This document shows positions 27,141 to 36,719 of a DNA stretch of 56,382 nt, one piece after another. The DNA lies in IMG/VR virus record IMGVR_UViG_3300019926_000028, positions 1-56,382 of that record; one strand, 5' to 3'. Both the position numbers and the translations under genes were made by a program. The notes below the pieces were generated by a model. That model was not told the origin of the DNA. It saw only the letters and a program-made list of their open reading frames with translations, and ran no database searches. Each line of letters begins with the position of its first letter. The stretch's first letter is position 1. The DNA is from a virus. Its lineage: Duplodnaviria > Caudoviricetes.

Positions 27141-28393
27141 ATAAAAGTTTGTCAGAAAAATACCGCCCGAAAAGTTTATCTTCCGTTTCCGGTCATCCTA
27201 CAGCGATAAAGAAGATCAAGAAGTGGGCAAAAAATTGGTCTGAAGGAGATGAAGCACTCCTTCTGCATGGACCAGCAGGAACAGGAAAAACATCCACAGT
27301 AGAAGCACTTTCAAACGATATGGGGTGGGCAGTTGAAGAGGTAAATGCTTCATCCGTTCGGAGACAGGACGATATTAAACGTTTGGTTCAGTCTATCCGT
27401 ACCAATTCTGATGAACCTATTTTGTTTCTGATCGATGAATGTGATTCGATGGATGGACGTTCATTGAGTCCGTTGAAGAAAATGCTTGATAGCCCTCCGA
27501 ATCCAATTATATTTACAGCAAACGAGAAGTGGAAAGTTCCAAATTCAATTGAGAACAATACGACGAATCACAAGTTCAATCTTCAGAATCGCTCAATCAA
27601 GCCTGTAATCCGTGACATAGCAGAGAAGGAAGGAATTGATATATCAAAGCAAGAAATTGGTAAACTAGCGACAAGGCAAGGACTCCGTGATGCAATTAAT
27701 GATTTACAAGAGTATGCTGAATCTGAAGGTTCTATTGATTGGGATGAGCGAGAGCAAGATATTGGGAATTTTGATGCTGTAGACAACATTCTCCGTGGCA
27801 AGAAGTATAGCGGTGAGATGACGCCCCCTGATCTGATTGATTGGTTAGACGAGAACATCTACGAAACAATGGAGGGTGTAGAAGCCATGAGAGCATTCCA
27901 ATGTCTCTCTGAAGCGGATAAGTTTGTCCAAAGGGCCAACGACACACAGAACTACTCGTGGTGGAAATATGCAGGTAGCGTTGCAGAAGAAGTGGCTAAC
28001 GTTCGACTCACAGAGCCATACGATTGGATCAACAAGTCCTATCCTGCTTCTCGTCGGAACAAACCACCAAAGTCAACATATGATAATCCCGAAGCAACTC
28101 TATACAGAGAGATAAAAAATAGTGAAGGATATACCGGAGCGTTCTCATTCCAAGAATTCCGTAAAGACGTTCTTCCGATTTTGAAAAATCAATCAAAAAA
28201 AGAAATTATGAATATGGTTCTCACTTATTCCTTGTCTTCAGATGCTATGAAAGCTCTTAATATTACGAAAACAGATTATGAAAATTGGCTTTCGGAAGAG
28301 AAGGATGTGGAAGAATCCCAAAGCGAAATAGAGGAATTTGATGAAGAAACGGAGTCTGAAGACGACGAGCAAAAGGGCATTTTTGATTTCTAA
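27137..28393 (+). CDS. rfcL: Replication factor C large subunit
   Basis: EKYRP, GPAGTGKT, EVNASS, IDECD, WLDEN; C-terminal PIP box QKGIFDF. Confidence 0.9.
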   Translation: MNKSLSEKYRPKSLSSVSGHPTAIKKIKKWAKNWSEGDEALLLHGPAGTGKTSTVEALSNDMGWAVEEVNASSVRRQDDIKRLVQSIRTNSDEPILFLIDECDSMDGRSLSPLKKMLDSPPNPIIFTANEKWKVPNSIENNTTNHKFNLQNRSIKPVIRDIAEKEGIDISKQEIGKLATRQGLRDAINDLQEYAESEGSIDWDEREQDIGNFDAVDNILRGKKYSGEMTPPDLIDWLDENIYETMEGVEAMRAFQCLSEADKFVQRANDTQNYSWWKYAGSVAEEVANVRLTEPYDWINKSYPASRRNKPPKSTYDNPEATLYREIKNSEGYTGAFSFQEFRKDVLPILKNQSKKEIMNMVLTYSLSSDAMKALNITKTDYENWLSEEKDVEESQSEIEEFDEETESEDDEQKGIFDF

Positions 28394-29106
28394 TGAATAC
28401 TGAAAAATTTGTCAAGGGGGAAGCAGAGATATTGCACGTATTTGCTGATACGGGCGTTGAATGCGAAGTTCTTTCAAAATATGGAAATATAACAAGAATT
28501 GGTATAGATCCTATTGATAATCCGTTTACAGATAATTTAATAAAGGCAGATGCAACACAACTTCCCATAGATGGTTATTTCGATTTATCTGTTTGGCATC
28601 CTCCGTGTCAAAAATGGTCAATTGCAACACAAGGCGGTGGAAAGGGTAGGGAATCCCATCCTAACTATATACCTCAGTCGAGAGAGAGAGCAAAGAAGAT
28701 CAGTGATGAGTATATGATAGAGAATGTACCAAACGCTCCATTAGAAAACCCAGTTTATTTAAATGGCCGGATGTTCGGTTTGCCGATATTTTATGAAAGA
28801 GCTTTTGAAACATCGTGGGATATGCCTCAACCCTCATCTCCTTCAAAAATTGATAATGTTACCAAATGGGATGCTGATAGAGGAACAAAGGGGTGGGCAT
28901 GGATTGGGAATAAAATGCTTTGGTTGAATGCTAAAGGTTATTCTTATGATTGGCCCGCTGAACCGATAAAGAAATCTTCTGTTCCCCGGGCATATTTAGA
29001 ATATCTTCTTAGACCTTTAATTGATAATTGGGATGGCGCAGGTAGTGTTACAAAAAATGGTGTTGATAGTATAATTTCAGAAGAGAAAGGGATATTTGAT
29101 TTCTGA
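28393..29106 (+). CDS. Compact C5-cytosine DNA methyltransferase-like protein
   Basis: HVFADTG (motif I-like), HPPCQ (motif IV), IENV (motif VI), ERAFE. Confidence 0.7.
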   Translation: MNTEKFVKGEAEILHVFADTGVECEVLSKYGNITRIGIDPIDNPFTDNLIKADATQLPIDGYFDLSVWHPPCQKWSIATQGGGKGRESHPNYIPQSRERAKKISDEYMIENVPNAPLENPVYLNGRMFGLPIFYERAFETSWDMPQPSSPSKIDNVTKWDADRGTKGWAWIGNKMLWLNAKGYSYDWPAEPIKKSSVPRAYLEYLLRPLIDNWDGAGSVTKNGVDSIISEEKGIFDF

Positions 29107-29145
29107 ACCGACAGATACTTAAATAAAGAGATACTAACGTTTAGC

Positions 29146-29436
29146 ATGGAAGACGATGTTTCCCAAGAAGATGAGCTTGAGACGTTTAATCTTGAGTTGA
29201 CTCCTTGGCAACTGTACTCTCTCAATACGATTCTTCAGTATAATATGGTCAACATGGAAGATCCCATGTATGCCACAGCAACCCAAGTTCTTGCAAAAGA
29301 AGTTCATGATACGATTGCTTCCGAGCAATTCATGGATGCGATGGATGAACAGAAAGATGTTTTCGATGAACGAGAACGAGAGATTCGTCAAGAAATGGAT
29401 TACACGCCAAATAGTATGGGACGCGGGGTTCAATAA
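29146..29436 (+). CDS. Hypothetical acidic protein
   Basis: Leaderless ORF after a TATA-like CTTAAATA. Confidence 0.6.
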   Translation: MEDDVSQEDELETFNLELTPWQLYSLNTILQYNMVNMEDPMYATATQVLAKEVHDTIASEQFMDAMDEQKDVFDEREREIRQEMDYTPNSMGRGVQ

Positions 29437-29442
29437 TCAACA

Positions 29443-29616
29443 ATGTCAGTTCAAAAAGGCACGGTTTATACAGATTTAAAATATAATTGCGATTTGGTTG
29501 TAAAGGAATTAACTGATTCTGTTGTGTTAATTAAAGAGCTAGATTCAGGAAACAGCCATCTCTACGGACGAGAAGAATTTGAGACAAGCAAAAAACGGTT
29601 TGCACAAAAAGAATGA
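29443..29616 (+). CDS. Small hypothetical protein
   Basis: Not in the ORF track: MSVQKGTVYTDLKYNCD...; ATGA-coupled to the next gene. Confidence 0.5.
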   Translation: MSVQKGTVYTDLKYNCDLVVKELTDSVVLIKELDSGNSHLYGREEFETSKKRFAQKE

Positions 29617-30293
29617 CACGAACTAACACGGAAATCAAGTTTATTCGGGGAAAGAGCGGTTATGGCCCCATGCCGTATGGGAAATATGCAGGACAACCTA
29701 CTGTCTCACTAAAACTTTCTTCTAGCTCTCAAAACTCGATGAAAGTCAATTCCCTAGAGAACATATGGGTTTCACGGAATTGGAAGCGAAAAATCTCTTC
29801 TGGTTATGCGAGGCTACGTCTTTTTGGAAACGATCCGTTTTCTGAGGAACATAAAGAATCTATTGAATTCCTTATTGATAAAATGGACCCACGGTTCCTT
29901 GATATTGAGGTTCAAGATAAATTCATCAACAAAGAACCATCGAGATTTACACAGCGAAGGACTGATACTTATACATTCCTAATTGATATGACTAAAGACG
30001 AAATTCGCTATGATTTTGAAACTTTAGATTATATTAGTGAAAATATTGCAAATGATGGGAATGCACAATACTTGTTTAAAGTTGATTCGGTGATGTGTGA
30101 AGATCCGATTAAAAATTTCCGCCGAGAATACAACATTTACGATTCCGATATTTGGCTCTTTCCTAAAGGCAGAAAGCGGAGAACGATGGAAGAGACGCTT
30201 CCAAACATCATTAACGTTGCTAAACGAAACAGATGGAACGTCTCGCCAAGGATGGATCTTATGACCGATACAGATGAAGAAGAATCAGACTGA
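29613..30293 (+). CDS. QueE-like protein lacking the radical-SAM cysteine motif
   Basis: GKYAGQPTVSLKLS and the C-terminal IWLFPKG...AKRNRWNVSPRM resemble QueE ends; no CxxxCxxC. Confidence 0.45.
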   Translation: MTRTNTEIKFIRGKSGYGPMPYGKYAGQPTVSLKLSSSSQNSMKVNSLENIWVSRNWKRKISSGYARLRLFGNDPFSEEHKESIEFLIDKMDPRFLDIEVQDKFINKEPSRFTQRRTDTYTFLIDMTKDEIRYDFETLDYISENIANDGNAQYLFKVDSVMCEDPIKNFRREYNIYDSDIWLFPKGRKRRTMEETLPNIINVAKRNRWNVSPRMDLMTDTDEEESD

Positions 30294-30516
30294 ACCGCTT
30301 ATTAAGTATGTTGCTGAAATGCACGATAGGCGGGAAGAATATAAATACAATTCGTTAAACGTTATTTCTGACCTTCAAGAATCGGATACCGATGTTTCTG
30401 AGGAAATGGAGGAAATATATCAAGGCATTTCGGGAAGCCGGATTTGCTCTATCTGCAACAATAGTAAATTATATGATGATAAAAACGAAGAATTCTACTG
30501 CCCACTTCATAACTAA
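30274..30516 (+). CDS. Protein with shared C-terminal zinc ribbon
   Basis: Ends CSICNNSKLYDDKNEEFYCPLHN. Confidence 0.6.
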   Translation: MKKNQTEPLIKYVAEMHDRREEYKYNSLNVISDLQESDTDVSEEMEEIYQGISGSRICSICNNSKLYDDKNEEFYCPLHN

Positions 30517-30731
30517 TGGCTGCTGATAATCTACTTTCATGGAACGGTGAAGATGGACAGAAACGCTGTTTGCTTATTGTTACTGATGATGAAAAACACC
30601 ACAAGCAAGTTGGATATAGGAAAATTGTTTTGTGTGAGATGAACGAGAAAGACCAGTGGGAGACTGTAGATACAATTGATGCCATTAATGAAATGGAATC
30701 TTTTGGAATCCCTCCGGGTATGGAGCCTTAA
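30516..30731 (+). CDS. Hypothetical protein
   Basis: TAATG-coupled start. Confidence 0.55.
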   Translation: MAADNLLSWNGEDGQKRCLLIVTDDEKHHKQVGYRKIVLCEMNEKDQWETVDTIDAINEMESFGIPPGMEP

Positions 30732-30790
30732 AGTAGTTATTTTGACAACATTTATATTTGTCAAGATGCTATTGGGAATTAGTCACGCAT

Positions 30791-31351
30791 ATGAGCGTAT
30801 TATCTGATGCGGATATTGGAAAAGAGTTGGCATATGGAGAGCTTGATGTTAGTCCGGTTGATTTAGAAGAACAGCTTCAACCAAACAGTCTTGATATTCG
30901 ATTAGGAGAAGAATTTTCAGTTTTCTGTGAGCAAGAAACGGTAATAGATCCAAAGGAAGAGTTAGAAGAGTATTATGATTATATCGATAGACGGGTTTCA
31001 GAATCAATTATAATTCAGCCGGAGGAGTTTATTTTGGGAACAACGATGGAGAAATTTACGGTTCCTGATTATTTATACGGTCAATTAAACGGTCGTTCTT
31101 CAATTGGAAGATTGGGCATCGAAGTACACAGCACTGCCGGTCTTATCGATTCTGGATATTCAGAAGGGGAAATTACTCTTGAGATTAAAAATAATAATAA
31201 AAGAGCAATAAAACTGTTTCCGGGTATGCGAATTGGACAAGTTGTATTCCATGAACTGTCTTCAAAATGCAGCAATCCATATTCTTCAAAAGACAATAAA
31301 TATCAAGGTCAAGAGGGAGTTGTTCACAGCCGTTTGAGTGAAGAACTATGA
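30791..31351 (+). CDS. dcd: dCTP deaminase
   Basis: VLSDADI, QPNSLDIRLG, GRSSIGRLG, AGLIDSGY, MRIGQ, KYQGQ. Confidence 0.92.
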   Translation: MSVLSDADIGKELAYGELDVSPVDLEEQLQPNSLDIRLGEEFSVFCEQETVIDPKEELEEYYDYIDRRVSESIIIQPEEFILGTTMEKFTVPDYLYGQLNGRSSIGRLGIEVHSTAGLIDSGYSEGEITLEIKNNNKRAIKLFPGMRIGQVVFHELSSKCSNPYSSKDNKYQGQEGVVHSRLSEEL

Positions 31352-31611
31352 AAGCATCAGAAGAAATCTCTATTGATTTTTTCATTAAGAAATGCATCGA
31401 AAGTGGAATTGATAATCAACACGAGATTGTAGAAGCAGCGAAGAAAGAAGACGAGAGAGAAGCAAAACGGGTAAAACGATTTCTTCTTGATGGCAAATCA
31501 AACCCGTATGAAGATCATGTAGAGTGGGAGGATTGCATGGAATGTGGTGCGAAATTAATGTTTGATGATAAGCAACAAGAATATTTCTGTCCGATGTGTG
31601 AGAAAGAATGA
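31348..31611 (+). CDS. Protein with shared C-terminal zinc ribbon
   Basis: Ends CMECGAKLMFDDKQQEYFCPMCEKE. Confidence 0.65.
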   Translation: MKASEEISIDFFIKKCIESGIDNQHEIVEAAKKEDEREAKRVKRFLLDGKSNPYEDHVEWEDCMECGAKLMFDDKQQEYFCPMCEKE

Positions 31612-31997
31612 GTGGTCAGAAAGGAGCTAAAGGAGAAAATGAGTTGGGGTACTTGTTCGGTCAACGTGGATATTTGTGGGTGAGAACAGCAGGTTCCGGA
31701 ACTGCTGGTCGTGAGCTTCCTGATATAACAGTAGGAAATGGTGATAGATTCATCGTTATGGAAGTGAAGCGGTGGAGTAATAAATCCGACTATGAATACG
31801 TTTCAAAAAAAGAAGTTGAAGATTTGATATACTTCGCAGAGAATTTCGGTGCTGAGTATTATATTGCAGCACGCTTCGATTATCGAGATTGGATTTTCAA
31901 AAGGAAAGAAGAAATGCATGAAACAAAAAAGTCCTTTAGAATAGAAAACGTTAAAAGCGAAGAGATACAAAGAACACTAGAAGATGTATGTCAGTAG
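31608..31997 (+). CDS. hjc: Holliday junction resolvase
   Basis: KGAKGENEL, RTAGSG, LPDI, MEVK. Confidence 0.88.
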   Translation: MSGQKGAKGENELGYLFGQRGYLWVRTAGSGTAGRELPDITVGNGDRFIVMEVKRWSNKSDYEYVSKKEVEDLIYFAENFGAEYYIAARFDYRDWIFKRKEEMHETKKSFRIENVKSEEIQRTLEDVCQ

Positions 31998-32500
31998 ACA
32001 ACTTGGATGAACCGTTGGACGAAGACTATCCGGAGTTTATGGATTCGTTAGATACAGACGGAGTGTATCTTTCCGGACCCATCCGGTGTGTCGAAGATAA
32101 CGGTATTGAATGGAGAGAAGAATTGATTGAGGATTATCCCGAGATTGAGTTTAACAATCCGTTAGATAACTTTTCCCCTGAAACGCACGATATTTTGAAC
32201 GATCCGGCTGATTTTGATGAAGATTCGGAGAAGACTCAAGTTATGCCTTCAGAGTATGTGATGGAAGATAAGATTATGATTAATGAATCTGATGTGCTAT
32301 TCTTGGGTATTCCCGATGAAATTGCACGGGGGTCTATGATGGAAACTATGTACGCCTACTTGAGAGGAATTCCGTTTTTTGTTTGGACTATTGATGGACA
32401 GCAAGAAAGTGGATGGATTTTTGACCAAGCAGAGTTTATGAGTAACGATAGAGACGAAGTAATAAATGAGGTGAAATCATGTCTTACTACCACGACATAA
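31988..32500 (+). CDS. Nucleoside 2-deoxyribosyltransferase / nucleotide N-hydrolase-like protein
   Basis: VYLSGPI...W, NPL, D...I.ESD, GSMME.MYA. Confidence 0.7.
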   Translation: MSVDNLDEPLDEDYPEFMDSLDTDGVYLSGPIRCVEDNGIEWREELIEDYPEIEFNNPLDNFSPETHDILNDPADFDEDSEKTQVMPSEYVMEDKIMINESDVLFLGIPDEIARGSMMETMYAYLRGIPFFVWTIDGQQESGWIFDQAEFMSNDRDEVINEVKSCLTTTT

Positions 32501-32706
32501 TGAAAGAAAACGAGTGCGAAAAATCAGAAGGTATAGAAGAGTGTATAGAAGTAGATGGTGATAGTTTGGAAATAAAATACACAGCATACGCAACTGGACA
32601 CTACCCAATCGGTACTCGCTTTATGAATACAAAGTCTGTAGATACATTTGAGTTGTCTCTTGAGGAAAATCAGATTTCCAACTGTCTATTTTGGGATAAT
32701 GAATAG
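32479..32706 (+). CDS. Hypothetical protein
   Basis: GAGGTGA SD upstream. Confidence 0.55.
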   Translation: MSYYHDIMKENECEKSEGIEECIEVDGDSLEIKYTAYATGHYPIGTRFMNTKSVDTFELSLEENQISNCLFWDNE

Positions 32707-33304
32707 TTACGAAGGAAATTTAATTGTATTGGAGGGCGTTGATGGCGTTGGGACTACAACGGTTGCTGAGTCTTTAAAAGAAGAGCATTATCCTGAGTTT
32801 GAATATACAGCCGAGCCTTCCGAGGGGACGTATGGGCGCTATCTTAGAAAAGAACTTCAATCGGATAGCGACCCGACTTCAAGTGATTTCTTCCTATTTT
32901 GTGCAGATAGATTTGACCACGTTGAATCGCTCATCGGGCCGAAGATGGATAAAGGAGAGACTGTAGTAACTGATAGGTACAACCTTTCCACGTTCGCCTA
33001 TCAATCTCGTGTAATTGATGAAGAAATGGATACAGTTGATCCGTATGACTATATTGACCGTATCGTTGGTCAATTCATCATCGAACCGGATCTAACTATC
33101 CTTATTGATGCCCCCGTTGAAGAAACCTTTGACAGACTCGGTGATGATAAGGAGAAGTACGAAAAGATTGAGCGGTTGAAGGATGCCCGTAGAACGTACC
33201 TATACTTCGCTGAAGAGTATGATTACGTTGAGGTGGTGGATGGGACACAAGAACCCGAAGGAGTGCTTAGAGAGTGTCTTGAGTTGATTGATGAAACTGT
33301 ATGA
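32699..33304 (+). CDS. tmk: Thymidylate kinase
   Basis: LIVLEGVDGVGTTT, TAEP, ADRFDH, TDRY..STFAYQ, EPDLTILID. Confidence 0.88.
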   Translation: MNSYEGNLIVLEGVDGVGTTTVAESLKEEHYPEFEYTAEPSEGTYGRYLRKELQSDSDPTSSDFFLFCADRFDHVESLIGPKMDKGETVVTDRYNLSTFAYQSRVIDEEMDTVDPYDYIDRIVGQFIIEPDLTILIDAPVEETFDRLGDDKEKYEKIERLKDARRTYLYFAEEYDYVEVVDGTQEPEGVLRECLELIDETV

Positions 33305-33513
33305 ATGTTGAGATTGAAATTGCCGTTGGCGATGTGGTTCAGTTCAATGACGAAGAATGGCAGGTAGTTAATTCACCTTCTCACGATAACAGTTTTGATA
33401 TGCGCTCCACAGTTGGAAATTTAGAGAACTTTACACGGGAAGAAATCGAGAAGCAGATCGATATGACGGGGAAGTTTGCTCGTGTGAAAGAGAGTTATAT
33501 CGGCATTTCGTGA
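33301..33513 (+). CDS. Hypothetical protein
   Basis: ATGA-coupled start. Confidence 0.55.
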   Translation: MNVEIEIAVGDVVQFNDEEWQVVNSPSHDNSFDMRSTVGNLENFTREEIEKQIDMTGKFARVKESYIGIS

Positions 33514-33552
33514 CCGAAACTGTTTTAACTGCCTGTTCCCAAATACAGTTAC

Positions 33553-35193
33553 ATGAAGTCCACCATCACAGAGCTTTTCCCACATCCGACCTTTCGTGAA
33601 AAGCAGTACGATGTGATTCAAGCCTGTTTGCAAGCACTCTATACAGATGGTTATGATAATGTGGTATTGCAAGCGCCGACAGGTACAGGCAAGTCAGCTT
33701 TGTTGACAACACTATTGAGACACGCTGAAGACGGCTTCTATTCTTCTCCACAAAAGTCTCTTCGTGAACAACTTCAGGCAGATGAAGCCCTCGATCCACA
33801 TATTGTTTCTCTAAAGGCGCGACAAGATTACTATTGTCAAGTCGGAAATGATAATTGTGAAGATTGTCATGTGAATCAAGATTCCGAGCAATCGTGTGCA
33901 GAACAAGGAAACTGTACTTATTGGAATGCGAAACTATCTGCTATCAATAGCGATATTGCGAATATCACTTTCTCTTATCTGATTATAGATAATATGCTTC
34001 CTGTTGAAGTGAATGACGTTCCTATTTCTTTCGATGATAGAGAGATGTTGGCAGTCGATGAAGCTCATGGCCTCATCCAACAAACAGAAGAACTACACGC
34101 GGGTTTTGATATAACCCCGTATGGTCTTCCACGTTCTGTATTCCGTGGTGCGACTGATGGTGCTGATTTGGACGCTTCTTCCTATCAAGACGTAGCAGAA
34201 ACGGTTGGTACTATTTATGCACGCGCTAAGGACTATCCACGAGATGATGTTCCTCCATTTCAAATGGAGCCAGCAGAAAAGAAATGTAAGCGGATGGTGG
34301 ATAAAATCGAGTGGATGAAAGAGCAAGTTGATAATGGATACCCGTGGGTTGTTGATGTTGAAACCGAGAAGTATGGGAATAACTACGTTAAGACACTCCA
34401 TCTCACACCTACCAACGTTTCCTCATTTTTGAAAAATAACGTATGGAGTCGTGCTGATAAACGAGTTATCTCTACAGCGACTCTCCCCTACCAGTCTAAT
34501 CCTGAGATATGGTTGAATAAAGTCGGTCTTGATCCTGAGAATACGAAGGTGATTAATGTTGGAATGACATTCCCTGTTGAGAATAGACCGATTTATACGA
34601 ATTCTATGGTCTGTTCCATGAGCGGAGGAGGTGATAAGTCCAATTGGGGGAGCGTGTTAGATGCTATAAATGAATTAGCAGAAAGTCACTACAATCAGAA
34701 AGGATTGATACATACTGCTTCGTATGAACGTGCATCACGAATTGCTGATTCAATTAAAGCAGATGAACATCCATATCTTGATAAAAATGTGATGGTTCAC
34801 AATCAAGATAGAGAAGCAGATAAACAGATTGAGGAATGGCAAGAATCGGATAAGGATATATTTGCAAGTCCATCTGTAATGGAAGGTGTAGACTTAAAAG
34901 ATGAAATGTGTCGATGGCAGGTGTTGGTGAAAGTCCCTTATCCTCCTATGTCTTCACGTATAGAACATATGCTAAACGAAGAACAGTATGGCTGGAGTGA
35001 GTACAGGGAGAGAACGCTTATACGAGTAGTTCAAGCATATGGCCGTGCTGTCCGTTCAAAAGACGACTGGGCAAGTATGTATATTTTGGATAGTGACTTT
35101 CGGGATCTCTTGAAGTACAGAAATCCACCTGAATATTTCTTGAATGCAATCACCGATGAAGAGCCAGAACAAGGAAGCGTTTTTGATTACTAA
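33553..35193 (+). CDS. XPD/DinG/Rad3-family SF2 helicase
   Basis: FREKQ Q-motif, APTGTGKS, Fe-S cysteines, VDEAH, EGVD, KVPYP, QAYGRAVRS. Confidence 0.9.
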   Translation: MKSTITELFPHPTFREKQYDVIQACLQALYTDGYDNVVLQAPTGTGKSALLTTLLRHAEDGFYSSPQKSLREQLQADEALDPHIVSLKARQDYYCQVGNDNCEDCHVNQDSEQSCAEQGNCTYWNAKLSAINSDIANITFSYLIIDNMLPVEVNDVPISFDDREMLAVDEAHGLIQQTEELHAGFDITPYGLPRSVFRGATDGADLDASSYQDVAETVGTIYARAKDYPRDDVPPFQMEPAEKKCKRMVDKIEWMKEQVDNGYPWVVDVETEKYGNNYVKTLHLTPTNVSSFLKNNVWSRADKRVISTATLPYQSNPEIWLNKVGLDPENTKVINVGMTFPVENRPIYTNSMVCSMSGGGDKSNWGSVLDAINELAESHYNQKGLIHTASYERASRIADSIKADEHPYLDKNVMVHNQDREADKQIEEWQESDKDIFASPSVMEGVDLKDEMCRWQVLVKVPYPPMSSRIEHMLNEEQYGWSEYRERTLIRVVQAYGRAVRSKDDWASMYILDSDFRDLLKYRNPPEYFLNAITDEEPEQGSVFDY

Positions 35194-35195
35194 TA

Positions 35196-35748
35196 ATGAC
35201 TGAGAGAGAGAGAGAGAGAGAGAGAGCAACCGCACAATTCCGATTCTTATGCAGGGGTTGAGTGGGGGACACCAAAGAAGTATGTCCTTCCACTTCATAG
35301 AGCTATTGATGGCTTCGACCTTGATCCAGCTTCGGGGGCAGAACCAACAGAATATGCTGAAAACAAATTCACAAAGGAGGATAATGGTTTGGTTCAAGAA
35401 TGGTTCGGTCATGTATGGTTGAACCCGCCTTATGGCAGAGAGCATAACGAAGATTGGGCAAAAAAGGCATTTAATGAAAGTGCGAATTCAAAAAGCATAA
35501 CCTGTTTAGTCCCTGCGGCTACATCTACTGACTGGTGGCAAAAATATTATGCTCAAGCGGATATTTTTTGTTTTGTAGATACAAGAATTGAATTTATAGG
35601 GGCGGGGCAAAACGGTGCTTCTTTTGCTAATGTAATATGTGTATTTAATTCTCAAAATCTACCCGAACAGTATTTTGTGGAATTAAGCCGTATGGGTACA
35701 TTAATGAATCGTGTTCAAATGAACGAAGGTTCCGTTTTCGATTACTGA
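35196..35748 (+). pseudogene. Phage-type N6-adenine DNA methyltransferase, out of frame at a (GA)n tract
   Basis: The frame from 35227 reads EWGTP...FDLDPAS...TKEDNGL.QEWFGHVWLNPPY. The ATG at 35196 is out of frame by 1 nt across the tract. Confidence 0.85.
35202..35226 (+). repeat. (GA)12G simple sequence repeat
   Basis: 25-nt perfect dinucleotide run directly after ATG ACT; the only long microsatellite I saw. Confidence 0.95.
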
Positions 35749-35787
35749 TTCGCAAATTATTTAAGTTTTGACGTTTAAGTATGTTGT

Positions 35788-36477
35788 ATGCGAGAGCAAA
35801 TAACTGAATTTTTGGCAACGGTTGATCCGTTGTTCGTAGTTGCTGCGTTAGCATCGTTCTTAGGTATTTTACTGTATTATACATACGGGGGCTTTATAAA
35901 TGAAAACTATACCCGAATTAAATGGTTCCGGAGACTGTTCCTCCCACATATTACCCGTGCAATTAAGAATATTGATAAGCAGTACGAGAATGTGGATATG
36001 AGTGGTCTGTACGTTGAGACAAATGTGAGAGACAGAGAACACGTCTTTGATCTTTATCTCGATGAAGAGACTACAAAAGAACAAGGACTTAATAGCGTCG
36101 GTGGTGAATTGATTTCAAATCACTTCCGACCCGAAGTTATCCTTGCTTCACTTGCCACAAACCCGGAAGGAGAGGCAGAAGATGGCAACTTCGTTTTAAC
36201 TGCTCCATCGCGCAATCATACTGATGTTTCTGTGTTTGGCCGGATATACGATATCATGGTGATGTTTATTTCAAAATACCAACTCCATGTACGTATTTAC
36301 TATGATGAAGATAAGCACAAGCTTGAATTCTACGCACACCATGAAATGAATCCATATAATCCACTTTACGCAGAAAGACATTTTGAAGCGAAGGAATTTA
36401 ATGTTGATAAAGGTGTTGAGATGTTCAAAGAGTATAAGGATGATATGAATCAGTACGGAGTTGAGTTGGTTGAATGA
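35788..36477 (+). CDS. Membrane-anchored hypothetical protein
   Basis: N-terminal hydrophobic helix; QLHVRIY...YAHHE.NPY motif. Confidence 0.65.
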   Translation: MREQITEFLATVDPLFVVAALASFLGILLYYTYGGFINENYTRIKWFRRLFLPHITRAIKNIDKQYENVDMSGLYVETNVRDREHVFDLYLDEETTKEQGLNSVGGELISNHFRPEVILASLATNPEGEAEDGNFVLTAPSRNHTDVSVFGRIYDIMVMFISKYQLHVRIYYDEDKHKLEFYAHHEMNPYNPLYAERHFEAKEFNVDKGVEMFKEYKDDMNQYGVELVE

Positions 36478-36677
36478 TTGAAGCTCTATTTACTTTTCTC
36501 ACCGCATTAGCCTTTGGTGTCGGTGTTGGATTACTTGCTTTCGGTATTATTTATTGCTATCGCGCTTTTGTCGGTGAGTCTGTGTTTGAAAATCCGTTTA
36601 TCATTCAAGCAGTTAGTTTCGTTTTCATCGTTATTGGGTTAACCTTATTGTTCCTTATATTCCTTAAATTCGCGTGA
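36474..36677 (+). CDS. Small two-TM membrane protein
   Basis: Two hydrophobic segments. Confidence 0.6.
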   Translation: MIEALFTFLTALAFGVGVGLLAFGIIYCYRAFVGESVFENPFIIQAVSFVFIVIGLTLLFLIFLKFA

Positions 36678-36719
36678 CGAAACGTTTTTATACTTCGGTC
36701 TGTTATGACAACCTGTATC

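Noticed and set aside
18609-28393. Inteins or introns in PolB and RFC
   Set aside because: Protein lengths are normal, motifs are contiguous and no intein splice motifs are visible.
32699-33304. Inactive thymidylate kinase because the P-loop reads GVGTTT instead of GxGKTT
   Set aside because: The other motifs are intact and I recall this variant in other dTMP kinases; there is too little evidence to call loss of function.
35389-35748. 119-aa MTase starting at TTG 35389
   Set aside because: It would lack the EW.TP and DLDPAS SAM-binding motifs found in frame upstream; the true start is ATG 35196.
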